A stretch of 32,102 nucleotides of DNA. Origin: Conidiobolus incongruus B7586 (taxonomy: Eukaryota). A program made the translations under genes and the position numbers. The stretch lies in the NCBI GenBank assembly GCA_000697335.1, contig JNEM01013313.1:1-32102 (forward strand), given 5' to 3'. The notes under the pieces are model-generated. The model was not told the DNA's origin and ran no database searches. It was given only the letters and a program-made list of their open reading frames with translations. This document shows, piece after piece, positions 1-11,356 of this stretch; the first letter of the stretch is position 1, and each line of letters opens with the position of its first letter.

Positions 1-674
1 TTAATTTTATATCTTATTTTTATAAGTTAGTATAAATTTAAACTTTAGTATATATAATATGCTTGCATAATAAATATTATATTGCTTTAATAGTTTTATA
101 GCTAAAATAATATGATATTTATTAATATATTTTCTATTTTATTAGCAAGTAAAAAAATAATAATAGAAATTAATTTTTCAAATTTTGATAATTTTTAAAT
201 AATATCTTTTTTAGCTTTAAAATCACAAATCTAGCAATATATGGTAGTTTCAAATAAAATTTTATTTATATAAATTATTTACAAATATTAGATGATTTTA
301 ATAGGTTTATAATTGAATTTTAAGGATATAAAAATAAAAGCATTTTAATAATCATTATATAGTTTAAATATAACAAAATCTAATTATAAATTCTTAAATC
401 TTAATATATTAATAAAAAATAATTATAATTGAATATATATATATAACTATAGTATTTATTTTCCAATATATTTTATATATAAATAATCTGTCAAAACTTA
501 TAATATACTAACCTATAAAAATAATTTATAAAATCAAAAATACTTATATTTTTATTAATAACTTGATTAATATTTAATAAAATCAAATTAAATTAAATAG
601 TTAAAATCTATTATATTTATTAATAATATATATCATTAAATGATGATATTTAGTTATTAATTAGTTATAATATA

Positions 675-720
675 AATCCTTAAATTTTAACTAAGATAAG
701 TTATAAATTTGTAGATTTTT
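675..720. repeat. Left terminal inverted repeat of the Tc1 element
   Basis: AATCCTTAAATTTTAACTAAGATAAGTTATAAATTTGTAGATTTTT, reverse-complementary to 1855-1900 and preceded by TA (673-674). Confidence 0.85.
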
Positions 721-736
721 GGTGATTAAAGAAAAA

Positions 737-1750
737 TTAAAACTTAGTGTATTTGTCTTTAGCTTTTCTAATTTCTTTAAGTTTATAAGGTATAAAATCA
801 ATTAATTTCTTATATTAAAAAAGATTAATCTTATTCTATACTTCTTGAATATTTTTTTAAAGCTGATTTAAATTTTTTGTTAGAGGGAAAACTTGAATAA
901 CTTTTTTTAACTAATCCCAAAAATATTTAATTAGGTTAAAGTTAAAAGATTAAGAAAGTTATTTTATAACTATTATTTTGTTATTTTTAAGTTATTTGGT
1001 AGTAAAAGCTATAATATAGCAAAAAATATTATCTTGCTAGAAAATAACATTAGATTTGTTTAACCTATACTATTCAATGTTTTTTTTAATTTATTGTTTA
1101 AAATACTTTAATATATCTTAGCATTAATTCCCCTATTAACTTTACAAAGATATTTTATATTTAAAGACAATATACATCTTTAAACAATAATTAACCTATC
1201 AATATACTTTTAGGTAAAATTAACATGATGGTCATAAAGTAATTTTATATCTTTTTTAAAATATCTAGCTTTTCTATTAAATCTACTAAAATATATTTTT
1301 GTTTCATTAAACCAAATAACTTTACTCTAATTAGTTTTAATTTAATATTAATAATAATATTTAAATTCTTGTTTAATTATATAATAGGATTTCTTTAGTT
1401 AAAGGTGTTTTTTCTTAAAATATAAATGGTATTTATGTTAATATAAAGTATATATAATAATATTAATGCTAACTAATATTTTTATATAGTTTTATAATTC
1501 CTATTATATTTCTATAATAGTATTATATTTACTTATATTAACTAACCTACAAATATATTTCTTATTATATTTATTTGTGAACTTAATATAATTAAGTTTA
1601 AATATGTTTTTATTATTATTCTTAATAACTTTAGCTATAGTAAACTAGTTAACACTAGTAATTTGTATAATATTATAAGTTGATTTATTTTTTTATAAAG
1701 TTGATTGATATATAAGTGAATTTTTTTAAAGAGGGATTTAAGTAAAATAT
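737..1750 (-). pseudogene. Tc1-family transposase pseudogene
   Basis: Manual translation gives VIWFNETKI (=VIWSDETKI, 1320-1294), IV*RCI..IKYLCKV (=MVWGCM..VGYLCKV), F*QDN (=FQQDN, 1042-1028), *LS*SFNFNLIKYFW (=WPSQSPDLNPIEHLW, 961-917) and KAKDKYTKF* (=KAKGGYTKY/F*). Spacing from the second D to the E position is 34 residues. There are about two dozen in-frame TAA/TAG stops and only one apparent frameshift (~1078). The start coordinate is approximate. Confidence 0.9.
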
Positions 1751-1854
1751 TATTAATAAAGAGAATTTAGTATATTTGTAAAATATTATATAAAATAAAA
1801 ATAAAAAAAGAAAAAAGATATGGTTATATATTATTAAATATATCCCTTTATCTT

Positions 1855-1900
1855 AAAAACCTATAAATTTATGACTTATCTTAATTAAATATTAAGGGTT
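1855..1900. repeat. Right terminal inverted repeat of the Tc1 element
   Basis: AAAAACCTATAAATTTATGACTTATCTTAATTAAATATTAAGGGTT, reverse-complementary to 675-720. Confidence 0.85.
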
Positions 1901-2864
1901 ATTATTTTTACCAATAGTTTACTAAATATATCTAAATATATTTTTTATTATCAAATAATATACCTTAATTATATATCATAGTTTCAGGTAATTTAATATA
2001 TATAATTGTTTTAATATTAATTAAAATATATATATTTTTGATTTTATGACTTGCTTTTACAAGTTAGTGTATATTTGAAAGATCAGAAATTTAAAAATTA
2101 CTATTATTTAATTTTTATACTAATATTTATAAAATATCAAATTTTAGTATATGATAAAAAAACTATTTTCTAGATATTAAAAGATTAACAAAAATATGAT
2201 ATAAAGTTATTAATATTATAAAAGAATATTGATTAAATATTTTATAATTTTTTTATAATTTATATATTGAAATATTTATTTTGAATCTCAGAAAATTCTT
2301 ATTATTAAAAATTTAGAGTATTGATAATATTTTAAATCAAATACTTTACCTTATTTCATTGCTTTTTAAATTGATTAAAGGATGCTATATATCTTAATTT
2401 ATATTAATTATTTTATATTTAATAATTAATTAATCTATGTAAAATTTATTCAGTTCAATATAATGACTATTTAATTATTTATTATTGATATTATTTAATT
2501 TATTTATATTAAATATAATTTGAAATAATATTTAAAACAAATTCCTAATTGATTAATTTTAAAATATAAAAAAATTATTATTCTTTAATTTAATCCAATT
2601 TAAATTTACTATAAAAAATATTAAAAAAATAAATTTACTTTTATATTGGTGTCAAAAGTCGAATATTAAATAATATCAAATCATCAAGTTTATTCTAAAA
2701 TGGTCAGCTCATAACATATACTGTATTATCAGGAAATTGTTAAATTATTTAAATAATTTTTATATTATTGATTTAAATTAGTTTCTATTTATTTAATAAA
2801 TAAAGGTATTCTATAAGAATGAAACTCATTTATATATTTTGTATATTTTTGATAATAGGAAAAA

Positions 2865-3897
2865 TTATTGGTTCTTAGTTTCTTCGCGATAATAGTTAGT
2901 TGAATCAGTTTCAAAGACTCTCAATTTGCTGACAACGTCGGGATTGTAAACATTTAAGCCTTCTTGGAATTCTACTTTACTCTTAGGATTTCTGGAATCT
3001 AAGTCAGTGAAGGCTTCAGTATGCAAAATAGGATCGAAAGATCTGGATTGATTTAAAACGATGGCTAAGGCATCAAAGCCAGCTTCTTTGACCTTTTCAC
3101 GTTCCCTAAACCAGTTGAAAATTCGGAGGGGAATCATCTTCCATCCGATGTAATTATGTAAGCGAATGTAGCCGACGGGTGGCAATTCTGGAAATTGTGG
3201 ACTTAATAATAATTCGTCATCACTTAATTTGGTAATTAAATTATATGGAGTGGGTGGCACTTCCTCAATCTCCTTAGTGTCTTTAGATTCTTCATCCTTC
3301 TTAGCATCATCGCTGGGACTTTCATAAACCTTTGACTCAATTTTAACCTCATTTACAATTTTGACAGGCTTGGAAATATCTCTCACCAATACACCGTCCT
3401 GAATACCTGCTAAGATTTTGTAATAGGCTTCATGACCTAAGGCAACAATACCATGGAAGCGATCCTTGGGATCGGCTTCTCCCCTACGACGGTCCTTCAA
3501 TTGGTTTAATATATATTTTTGGATGTCCCCTTGCTTTTTCTCTTCAACTATTTCATAATCGACGGCACCAGCATCAAAGATAGGCTAAAAATACTTAATA
3601 AATATACATTAATTAGCTAATAAATTCAATTACCTTGGCATATTTTTCAAACCAAGACCTAGCTCTAAACAAGGAGTCCTCCGAATTTTCGGGCCCATTC
3701 AAAAATATGTAATACTTCTCAGTGTCTTGGTTAATAGTCATAGGTTTATCAGCTAACACTTTAGCTTGCTTCTGATAATATCTGCGAATTTTTTCACACT
3801 CCCACCTATCGTAGTATTTGAGACCTGCAATTGCACTTAAAGTACCAAAGAATATAGTGGTATTACGTGAAGGCAAATAGCTTTTAATTGTATTCAT
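2865..3897 (-). CDS. TIM54: Mitochondrial inner-membrane TIM22-complex subunit Tim54; exons 3897-3634 and 3584-2865, ~327 aa
   Basis: N-terminus LPSRN..IFFG.....YYDR matches fungal Tim54. Removing the 49-nt GT..AG intron joins FEKYAK|PIFDAGAVDYEIVE in frame with ORF 2865..3500, which has GIVALGHEAYYKILAGIQDG and GWKMIPLRIFNWF, both typical of Tim54. Confidence 0.92.
3585..3633 (-). other. 49-nt spliceosomal intron (phase 0) of TIM54
   Basis: Minus-strand GTAATT donor, GCTAAT branch-point-like motif and TTTTAG acceptor. Splicing restores the frame. Confidence 0.9.
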
Positions 3898-4896
3898 AAT
3901 TTTATAATTTTATTTATTTATTTATATTTGTTTGTTTGTAATTATAATATATCAAAGTATATTAATATAATAATTTAAATTAAATTCAAATATAATAAAA
4001 ATTATGGGATCATTTTATCATATGATTAAAATTTTCCATTTTTAGGTATTATGATCCACATTACATATTTATTATTATTATATAAAATTTTAAAAATTAA
4101 AAATATTTAAAATATATTAAATAATAAAAATTAGTACAAATTAATAAAATTTTCAAAAATTTAATAATATGAAAATTATTTGACAAATGTATATAATTTA
4201 ATAATTATTGTAACTATTATTAATATTAAAAGTAATATTTTAATAATTTAGAATAATAAATTGATTATATTCAATAAACAAATACAATTCGATTTAAGGC
4301 AATTTTCCTTGATTATTTGCAGAAATCTTATTTTTAAATTATTTTTTAATAGCTGGTTTAATAAAAGTTTATTTTTTGTTAATTTTAATTTTTCAAATTT
4401 ATATAATGATTATATAAAGAGAAGATTCAAATTTGGAAATGTTATTTGAATAATCGAAATATAATGTACTAGTTTCCAACTTTATTAATGATAGGGTTAA
4501 TTTTTATATATAAAAATTCATCATATTCTTTATGTTATCCAATTTTGTTAATTATTGTATGATATAACGTAAACAAAAATATAATATTTTTACAAATTTA
4601 AAATTTATTAATACTGAATATTATTTTTTTAGGTTTATTATTATATCAATAATTTTACAAATTATATTATTTATAATATTATTTTGAACTATATTTAAGT
4701 TTTTATTTATATTATAATTTTAATTAAAATTATAAAAAATTCATTTAAAAATTTGTTAATCCAAATCAAATAATTCTCTTTATAGTATATTATTTTCATT
4801 TTATCATTAAGACAAATTAAAACAAAAAATTCATATTAAATTTATAATTAAATATAATATAAATAAATTAAATATTTGCTTAAAATTATTAATTAA

Positions 4897-4913
4897 ATAT
4901 ATATATATATATA
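4897..4913. repeat. (AT)n microsatellite
   Basis: Direct reading. Confidence 0.8.
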
Positions 4914-5184
4914 ATCTTGACAAGAATGCCATTTTATTTTTTAGCATATCAAAATACAACAATAGATTTTAGAATTAATATACTCTACAGTGATCACCAA
5001 TGGATTGGTTAAAAGAGGTTTACACTCAAGTTAGTCAACTGCAAGATGTGGTAATTATTAAATATTTACCAAATTTAAATTAGACTCTGGTATTTCGATT
5101 ATTATTTAAGTTAAATTTATTATATTATTAGTTTAATACTACCAGGCGAATATTAATTCATAATATTAATACTTGATTTATAGA

Positions 5185-6165
5185 TTAGCATTTAGTATTC
5201 ATATTTAAATTCCAGTACTTGAAGTGAGCGCTAGTGGTGGGAAGGAAGTGGTCGCTGATACATTTGGAATCCTCTTCATAAATTGAGCATTGAACGGTTT
5301 TTCCACTCCTATTAATATGCATGTTGTATTGGTTATGTCCGTATCCTAATGTAATTCCTGGAGAGATGGCTACAATATCGGAGTAGGATGTCACTCTGGT
5401 ATATGTCCAGGGCTTGGAGTTCAAATACTTGGCAAATTCGGGATTGCCGAGTCGGGGTTGGCCGTAGGTAATGACATTGATATGTTCCCAGGGCAGTAGT
5501 TGGTTTTGAGCTAATTTGAATGCGATTAATCCAGCTAATGCGCCACCCAAGCTGTGGCCAGTGAACACAATCTTGAAGTCGGGATTGTTGATCAAGGCTT
5601 CATTCAAAGCATCTCTAGCAGGTGCATACAAAGCATCAGCCATGTGGTTGAAACCATTGTGAATTTCAGCATTCTGGTAAGGTTCCTGGAGATTTGCAGA
5701 GATAAAAAATATATTGATATTGAATAACCAATTCACAAGTTTTTGGGAACCTCTAAAACTCAAGACAATTAATTTTTCAAGCGGATCAACAGCTAAGAAC
5801 CCAGCAGTATTTGTAGAGTCGTCTTTAAAGTAGACAACGTTACTAGCATTGGCAGTATATCCATCACAATTGGAGCATGTCCAAGAAGTCACAGCTTGCT
5901 CCTGGCAGTACGAAGCTCCAGCATATTTGATAAAATTCCTAGCCTCTTGCTCAGTTCCAATTTTAGCTACTGGAGCAATTCTAGGAGCAAGAGAAAATTC
6001 GAGTACTGGAGCAGATCTCGCCACTCCATTTTGATTCAATTCCAAATGCTTTTGAATTAATTCGTCCACGCTTTGAACTAATTCGGCATTTTCAGTTATG
6101 TTTACACTATGGGGAATGGATTTGCCCAGGACTATGGATAAAGTTAATAGATTCAATAACTTCAT
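5185..6165 (-). CDS. Secreted class-3 triacylglycerol lipase (Lipase_3, Rhizomucor/Rhizopus-type), 326 aa; lipase A
   Basis: Signal-peptide-like N-terminus, SFRGS oxyanion motif, IHNGF, GHSLGG nucleophile elbow, TYGQPRLGN, catalytic Asp (SDIV) and His (AHFKYW). Intronless. Confidence 0.95.
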   Translation of the reverse strand: MKLLNLLTLSIVLGKSIPHSVNITENAELVQSVDELIQKHLELNQNGVARSAPVLEFSLAPRIAPVAKIGTEQEARNFIKYAGASYCQEQAVTSWTCSNCDGYTANASNVVYFKDDSTNTAGFLAVDPLEKLIVLSFRGSQKLVNWLFNINIFFISANLQEPYQNAEIHNGFNHMADALYAPARDALNEALINNPDFKIVFTGHSLGGALAGLIAFKLAQNQLLPWEHINVITYGQPRLGNPEFAKYLNSKPWTYTRVTSYSDIVAISPGITLGYGHNQYNMHINRSGKTVQCSIYEEDSKCISDHFLPTTSAHFKYWNLNMNTKC

Positions 6166-6223
6166 GATATTAAATATTTTAATTATTTAAATTTATATTT
6201 TATCATTGAAATATCAACGTCAG

Positions 6224-6224
<1 letters not shown>

Positions 6225-6253
<29 letters not shown>
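6225..6253. repeat. (TA)n microsatellite overlapping the probable TATA box of lipase A
   Basis: About 14 TA units, ending in TATATAACTG on the minus strand ~60 bp upstream of the ATG. Confidence 0.8.
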
Positions 6254-6256
<3 letters not shown>

Positions 6257-7316
6257 ATCAAAATCACATACACATCTTTGGATATTCGGCATTTAACTTT
6301 TTGATACTCGAAATTCTCAATAGGTAATGGGATTTTATTTAGATGTTCCAAGGATTCTCTAGAAAATGGATGCAATGATTAATGACTATTAGTTTGAAGT
6401 CAATTTCGTCATCCTCATCTACTACTTTGATCCAATCCCATAGCCATATCCATATCAAATTAATCAGTTTTCGAATTGACAACTGATAACCAAAATGAGG
6501 TATCAAGTGGATCTCATATTATTCAATTAATCCGGATTGCAACAAGCACTTATTGAACGATCTCCATTCCACGCGACCATTAGTAGTGAAATTTTTGGCA
6601 TTGGAGTATTTTCTATGGTTAATAGGACATTTTTGTTTTCTGGTTTGATAGGCTGGAAATTTGAAAGTGACTTGAATGGAGTAATATTAACTTTACCGAT
6701 GCTGTTATTCGGATTAATTTTGTCGTTAAGTTGGTGGATTTGCTGTAAATTGAATATTCAAAATAAGTGTGATTATTTTGAAGTTTGACTGTATTCAAGT
6801 TCTAGCTCTTTGAATATAATAGCAACAAACATTTCAATTTTTCAAAATTTCTAGTATAAATTTTGAAATATCAATGTCATTAATATATAAATATTTTTCA
6901 AACTTGTAAAAATTCCAATTTGGGTTATATATCCATTTCCATTGATAAAAATATTTTCTGTTACTGCAATCAACTTCCCATTATACAAGCTGAAATGGAT
7001 CCAATTGTTAATGTCAAAATCTATTTTATAATGAAACTCAATTTATAATTGGCAATATTTCAAAGAAAGTTATTAATATATTTATTCAAATAAAACCATT
7101 ACACACAATTAAATTTCTATTAGAATTCAATATCATTTTCAAACTTTTGAATTCATACCAATATTTATCATTAAAAAGTTTTAATGGTATCTGTTTTTAA
7201 TTTGAGTGCCTTGGAAATACTTTAATTTATCCGATTTTCAAATTTTCCGAATTGGATAAATCACCAAAAAAATTTTATTGTTGTCTGGAATACTTGATAC
7301 TTTAGCCAGTTTAATC

Positions 7317-7340
7317 AATCAAGCAATCAAGCAATCAAGC
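7317..7340. repeat. (AATCAAGC)x3 tandem repeat
   Basis: Direct reading. Confidence 0.8.
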
Positions 7341-10007
7341 AACAATACAATATATTGTGACATTAAAACACTTTAAAAGTTGTGAATTAATGAAATCTAT
7401 AAAATGGTATTTACTAATGACTAATAAATTATTTTAAATAATGATTGATATATATTTGATATCATTTTACTTTTCATTGTTGAATATGAAATTAATTAAT
7501 TTAATATCATTTATTAAACACAACATTAGAAAGGATTTGGCCAAAGATATGTTATATAATTTTTAGATTTACACAATCATATATTTATTATTAAAAATTA
7601 ACCTTGTAGTGAGATTCTGATTATTAAATCTAACTCAAAATTATGGTCATAAAATCATTGGATTCCAAGGATTTATCTTCAGAAAATATTATTCAATATT
7701 GATAATGTTATAAATAAATAATTTTATTAACTGACAATAACAGGTTATCAATTAATAACGAATGGTTTAATAAAAATACTTTGATATGAATTTACAAAAA
7801 AAGTATTTAAATGTTATTGGCTAATTATTATTTAAAATTATAAAAATAATTAATTTAGATTTTATAGAAAATAATTATGAATAATTTTATTCTTAGTATT
7901 AATTGAATATTATAAAAGATCAAGATTCAGATGTTTATTCAATATTTAGAGAGATTAATTTTATCTGTAACTCAAGTTGAACTACAAACAATGCCAAATT
8001 TTGACAAGGGTATAAATTGATATTTTACAGTTATATATTTGAATTCATAATTAAAAATTTACTAAACTCAAAATATTATATATTATTATTGAACAAGTAT
8101 TTCGTTAAGGATAAAAATATTAATGGTAATACCTGATTGTAATAATTATTTATATTTTACAGAGTTGAGAAAATTTGATGCAAGAGTTTTCAATTGCATG
8201 TACATATACAATATATATTACCCTTTTTATGATAACCGTTAAAACATACGATCGATAGTTTTAAATGAAAATTATCATATTCCTCATAATAAAATATTAA
8301 TTATTCGATGTATTTAGAAAATTTTCATCATGGGCAACTATTATTCTATATTAACTAATTTTCCTACAAATTACAAGAAGAAATTTAATATGAATTTTGG
8401 CAAAATAGAGGCTATTAGCGCTCTGTAATATAAAATAGATTCTAAATAATATTGTAATTATTATATCATTTGAACATTGTTTAATTTCAAACGATGAGTT
8501 TTTCTAAATTGAAATGAATTTGCTGAAATTCAAGCTTTGAAGCTATTAACTAAGTCAAATATCTTTGAATTCAGACTTGACTATTCAAGAATATCAAGTT
8601 GTACCAATTTAATTAATCATAGATGCTATATCAATTAATATATTTGTTTATTGTATTTTATATCAATCATTTCTTTAGCTTTTCAATAATTGGTATTGAA
8701 GGGTTAATTAATAATAGTTTAACAAAATATACTAATATAGGATAAGATATAGTTGATAAATAATTGCAAAAATTTGGAACAATTTATACATACATATCAA
8801 TATTATTATCAAAGGATATTACCAAAATGATAAAATTTTTAAATCACTGTTATTTTTGATATTAATTACATTTGAGCTCTTTATTGTTAAATTAATCAAA
8901 GTCAAACTCGTTTTGTTAAAATCCTATTTTACAACTTTAATATTTGAGAAAATAAATGGCCATAATAATTTATGGCAATTATCCAATTTAGTGAATTTCA
9001 TATTATTTAATATTTCATAATTAATAAATTTCAAAAAAGGAGAGTTATATATGTTTTTTTGATGTTAATTAATATTATAATTTATATTTAATATTCTCGT
9101 GGCAGGTACTAAATATATATTTAAGTACTCCGTAATGAAAAACAGGTTAAATTGTGGATCGTAGATAAAAAAAAATAATATCACCTTTTTCGAAAATTAT
9201 CATTAATTTGATTGAAAATTTATCCAAATTATTAAAATTTTTTCAACAATTATTATATTATAAAAATAATTAAAGAAATTTTGTATTCGAATATGACCAT
9301 TTAAGTTGGTAACAAGTATACCAGACACTATCTTATAACTATTCCGCTAAATCTCGCTATGATATTGTCACATAGTTATACATAATATCTAAGTCATTGA
9401 AATAATTTGATTTTACTTGAATATTTTGATGTAAACTCATTCGCTGCTTCACAAATTAAGAATATAATATGTAGTGGTATTGGTGCATAAAAGATTTAGT
9501 AATTTAAAACTATAGTAATCTTGCAGATAATCCAAGTTAATAGTCAATTTAGCGAGACCGGAAGATGGTGCGAATAAGTAGTATAATGGAAATAATGTTA
9601 GAGTTTATTAATGATGAGTGTATTTCGGAACAACGAGGACCAAATTCAGACCTACAGTATAAGGCGTCGTTAGAATTCAACTATTTACTTATGGCTGTAT
9701 GCTATCTCTTGTAAAACTACAATGTGTGAGTGTTCGGAGTACTGAGGCGAATTCGCTATAACGGTGATTGGTAATAGCTTTTATGGTGGATTGACTCAGA
9801 GGAATTAGATGAGTAGCAGACTTAATAGCAGGTGCGTTCTCAAACACCCAGTACTATTATTTAAAAATTATAAATAAATTTGAAAAACTTGTTCAAAATG
9901 AATTGTAATCCGCTATTACAAATAAAACTAACCAGAAAACTAGATTCAATTTAATACTTTTTGTTAAATATTAGATTTTTCGAGTTCCTAAATGGAGTAG
10001 CTAATAA

Positions 10008-10015
10008 TATAAATA
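10008..10015 (+). promoter_or_regulatory. Probable TATA box (TATAAATA) of lipase B
   Basis: Canonical TATA ~60 bp upstream of ATG 10076. The AT-rich background weakens this call. Confidence 0.4.
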
Positions 10016-10075
10016 TATTGGGAGCAAATTTTCAATTTGAAATTAATCTTAGAATTACAATCTATTTTGATAACA

Positions 10076-11053
10076 ATGAAGTTGTTTAATCTCCTTTATC
10101 TCTCCTTTATCGTTGCAAATACCATTCCTCAGCCAATATTCTCGACAGAAAATGATGAATTGGTGAGGTCTATAGAAGAAGGTATTCGAAATTATTTGGA
10201 GCAGAATAATTCCACCCAAAAGAGTTTGCCAATTATAATGAGTTTGCCAGTTGCAAATGTGGCTCCAGTCGCCAAAATGACTTCCGAAGCCGAAGCAAGA
10301 AATTTTGTCAAGTACGCAGGAGTTGCTTGGTGTGCGAAAGATAAGGTGTTGAATTGGACTTGCGACAACTGTAATGGATATGCCTCAGGCGCTAAAGAGG
10401 TAACCTATTTCTCAGATGACGATACAAAAACTGCAGGATATTTGGCTGTGAATCATGAACAACAACTACTTGTTTTGGGATATCGTGGCAGTGCAAACAT
10501 TGTCAATTGGTTATTAAATTTTGACATCAGACTTACTCCAGTTAACTTACCCGAACCCTATCAAAATGCAAAGATGCATAATGGTTTCAACAAAATGCTC
10601 AATGCCCTGCTCCCATCATCCACAGCTGCTCTCCAACAAGCATTAGAAAAATACCCGAACTACAAGGTTGTGTTCACAGGCCACAGCTTGGGAGCTGCAC
10701 TTGCCATGCTGACAGGGTATCAAATGGCAGAAAACGGTATTCTTCCCTGGGAAAAAGTCAATGTCATCACATATGGCCAACCTCGACTAGGAAATCCGGA
10801 CTTTGCAGCCTACTTGAACTCCAAGCCCTGGACATCCACCAGAGTTACTCCATACTCAGACTGGGTCACCGTTAGTCCAGGTATATCGATGGGATACGCT
10901 CACAATCAGTACAACATGCATATTAGCAAAGTCGGTGTTACTGTCGAATGTTCCATTTATGAAGAGGACGACAAATGCATTAATGACCATATTATCCTCA
11001 CTCGTGACGCTCACTTTCAATATTGGGATCAAAGAATGAATTCAAAATGCTAA
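10076..11053 (+). CDS. Secreted class-3 lipase, 325 aa; lipase B
   Basis: The ORF track starts at TTG 10037; the first ATG (10076, MKLFNLLYLSFIVA) matches the paralogues. Motifs YRGS, MHNGF, GHSLGA, TYGQPRLGN, SDWV, AHFQYW. Confidence 0.95.
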   Translation: MKLFNLLYLSFIVANTIPQPIFSTENDELVRSIEEGIRNYLEQNNSTQKSLPIIMSLPVANVAPVAKMTSEAEARNFVKYAGVAWCAKDKVLNWTCDNCNGYASGAKEVTYFSDDDTKTAGYLAVNHEQQLLVLGYRGSANIVNWLLNFDIRLTPVNLPEPYQNAKMHNGFNKMLNALLPSSTAALQQALEKYPNYKVVFTGHSLGAALAMLTGYQMAENGILPWEKVNVITYGQPRLGNPDFAAYLNSKPWTSTRVTPYSDWVTVSPGISMGYAHNQYNMHISKVGVTVECSIYEEDDKCINDHIILTRDAHFQYWDQRMNSKC

Positions 11054-11356
11054 ATTAATTTAATAATATATTTGTAATCTTTATTATCTCATGGTATTTA
11101 ATTATTCAAAATTGGCATATTTATCAAGATAATTTTGTTTATTAAATATATTTTGATAACTTTAGACTGAATTTTCAATATAAGCCCTTATATCCATAAT
11201 AATCCTTAAGTTGAATATATATTTTATTGAAAAAAATTTTAAAATAAAATGACCAATTTTTTGAAACTAATTTATTCAATAGTGAAAAACTTTAATAATT
11301 ATTATAATATATCTAATAAAAAACCAATTAATTAATAAATCCCTTCAAAAATAATT

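Larger units (their letters stand above)
675..1900 (-). mobile_element. Tc1/mariner DNA transposon (DD34E), full length but dead and hypermutated
   Basis: 46-bp terminal inverted repeats at 675-720 and 1855-1900 (7 mismatches, 5 of them transitions) enclose ~1.23 kb. A minus-strand relic reading frame inside carries recognisable Tc1 transposase motifs. Confidence 0.9.

Noticed and set aside
4261..4449. 62-aa ORF
   Set aside because: TTG start, AT-rich low-complexity translation, no recognisable motif.
4987..5001. TACAGTGATCACCAA resembling a Tc1 end, with a partial reverse complement near 28024-28059
   Set aside because: The match is too short and 23 kb apart, with no consistent TIR pair.
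5849..6034. Short antisense/overlapping ORFs here and at 12001-13452, 19303-19506, 19844-20053 and 29003-29221
   Set aside because: Shadow frames of the real lipase and chitinase genes.
6537..6788. 83-aa hydrophobic ORF
   Set aside because: TTG start, lies in the lipase A upstream region, no family resemblance.
10037..10075. Extended N-terminus of lipase B in the ORF track
   Set aside because: Non-ATG start; the paralogues begin at the ATG equivalent to 10076.
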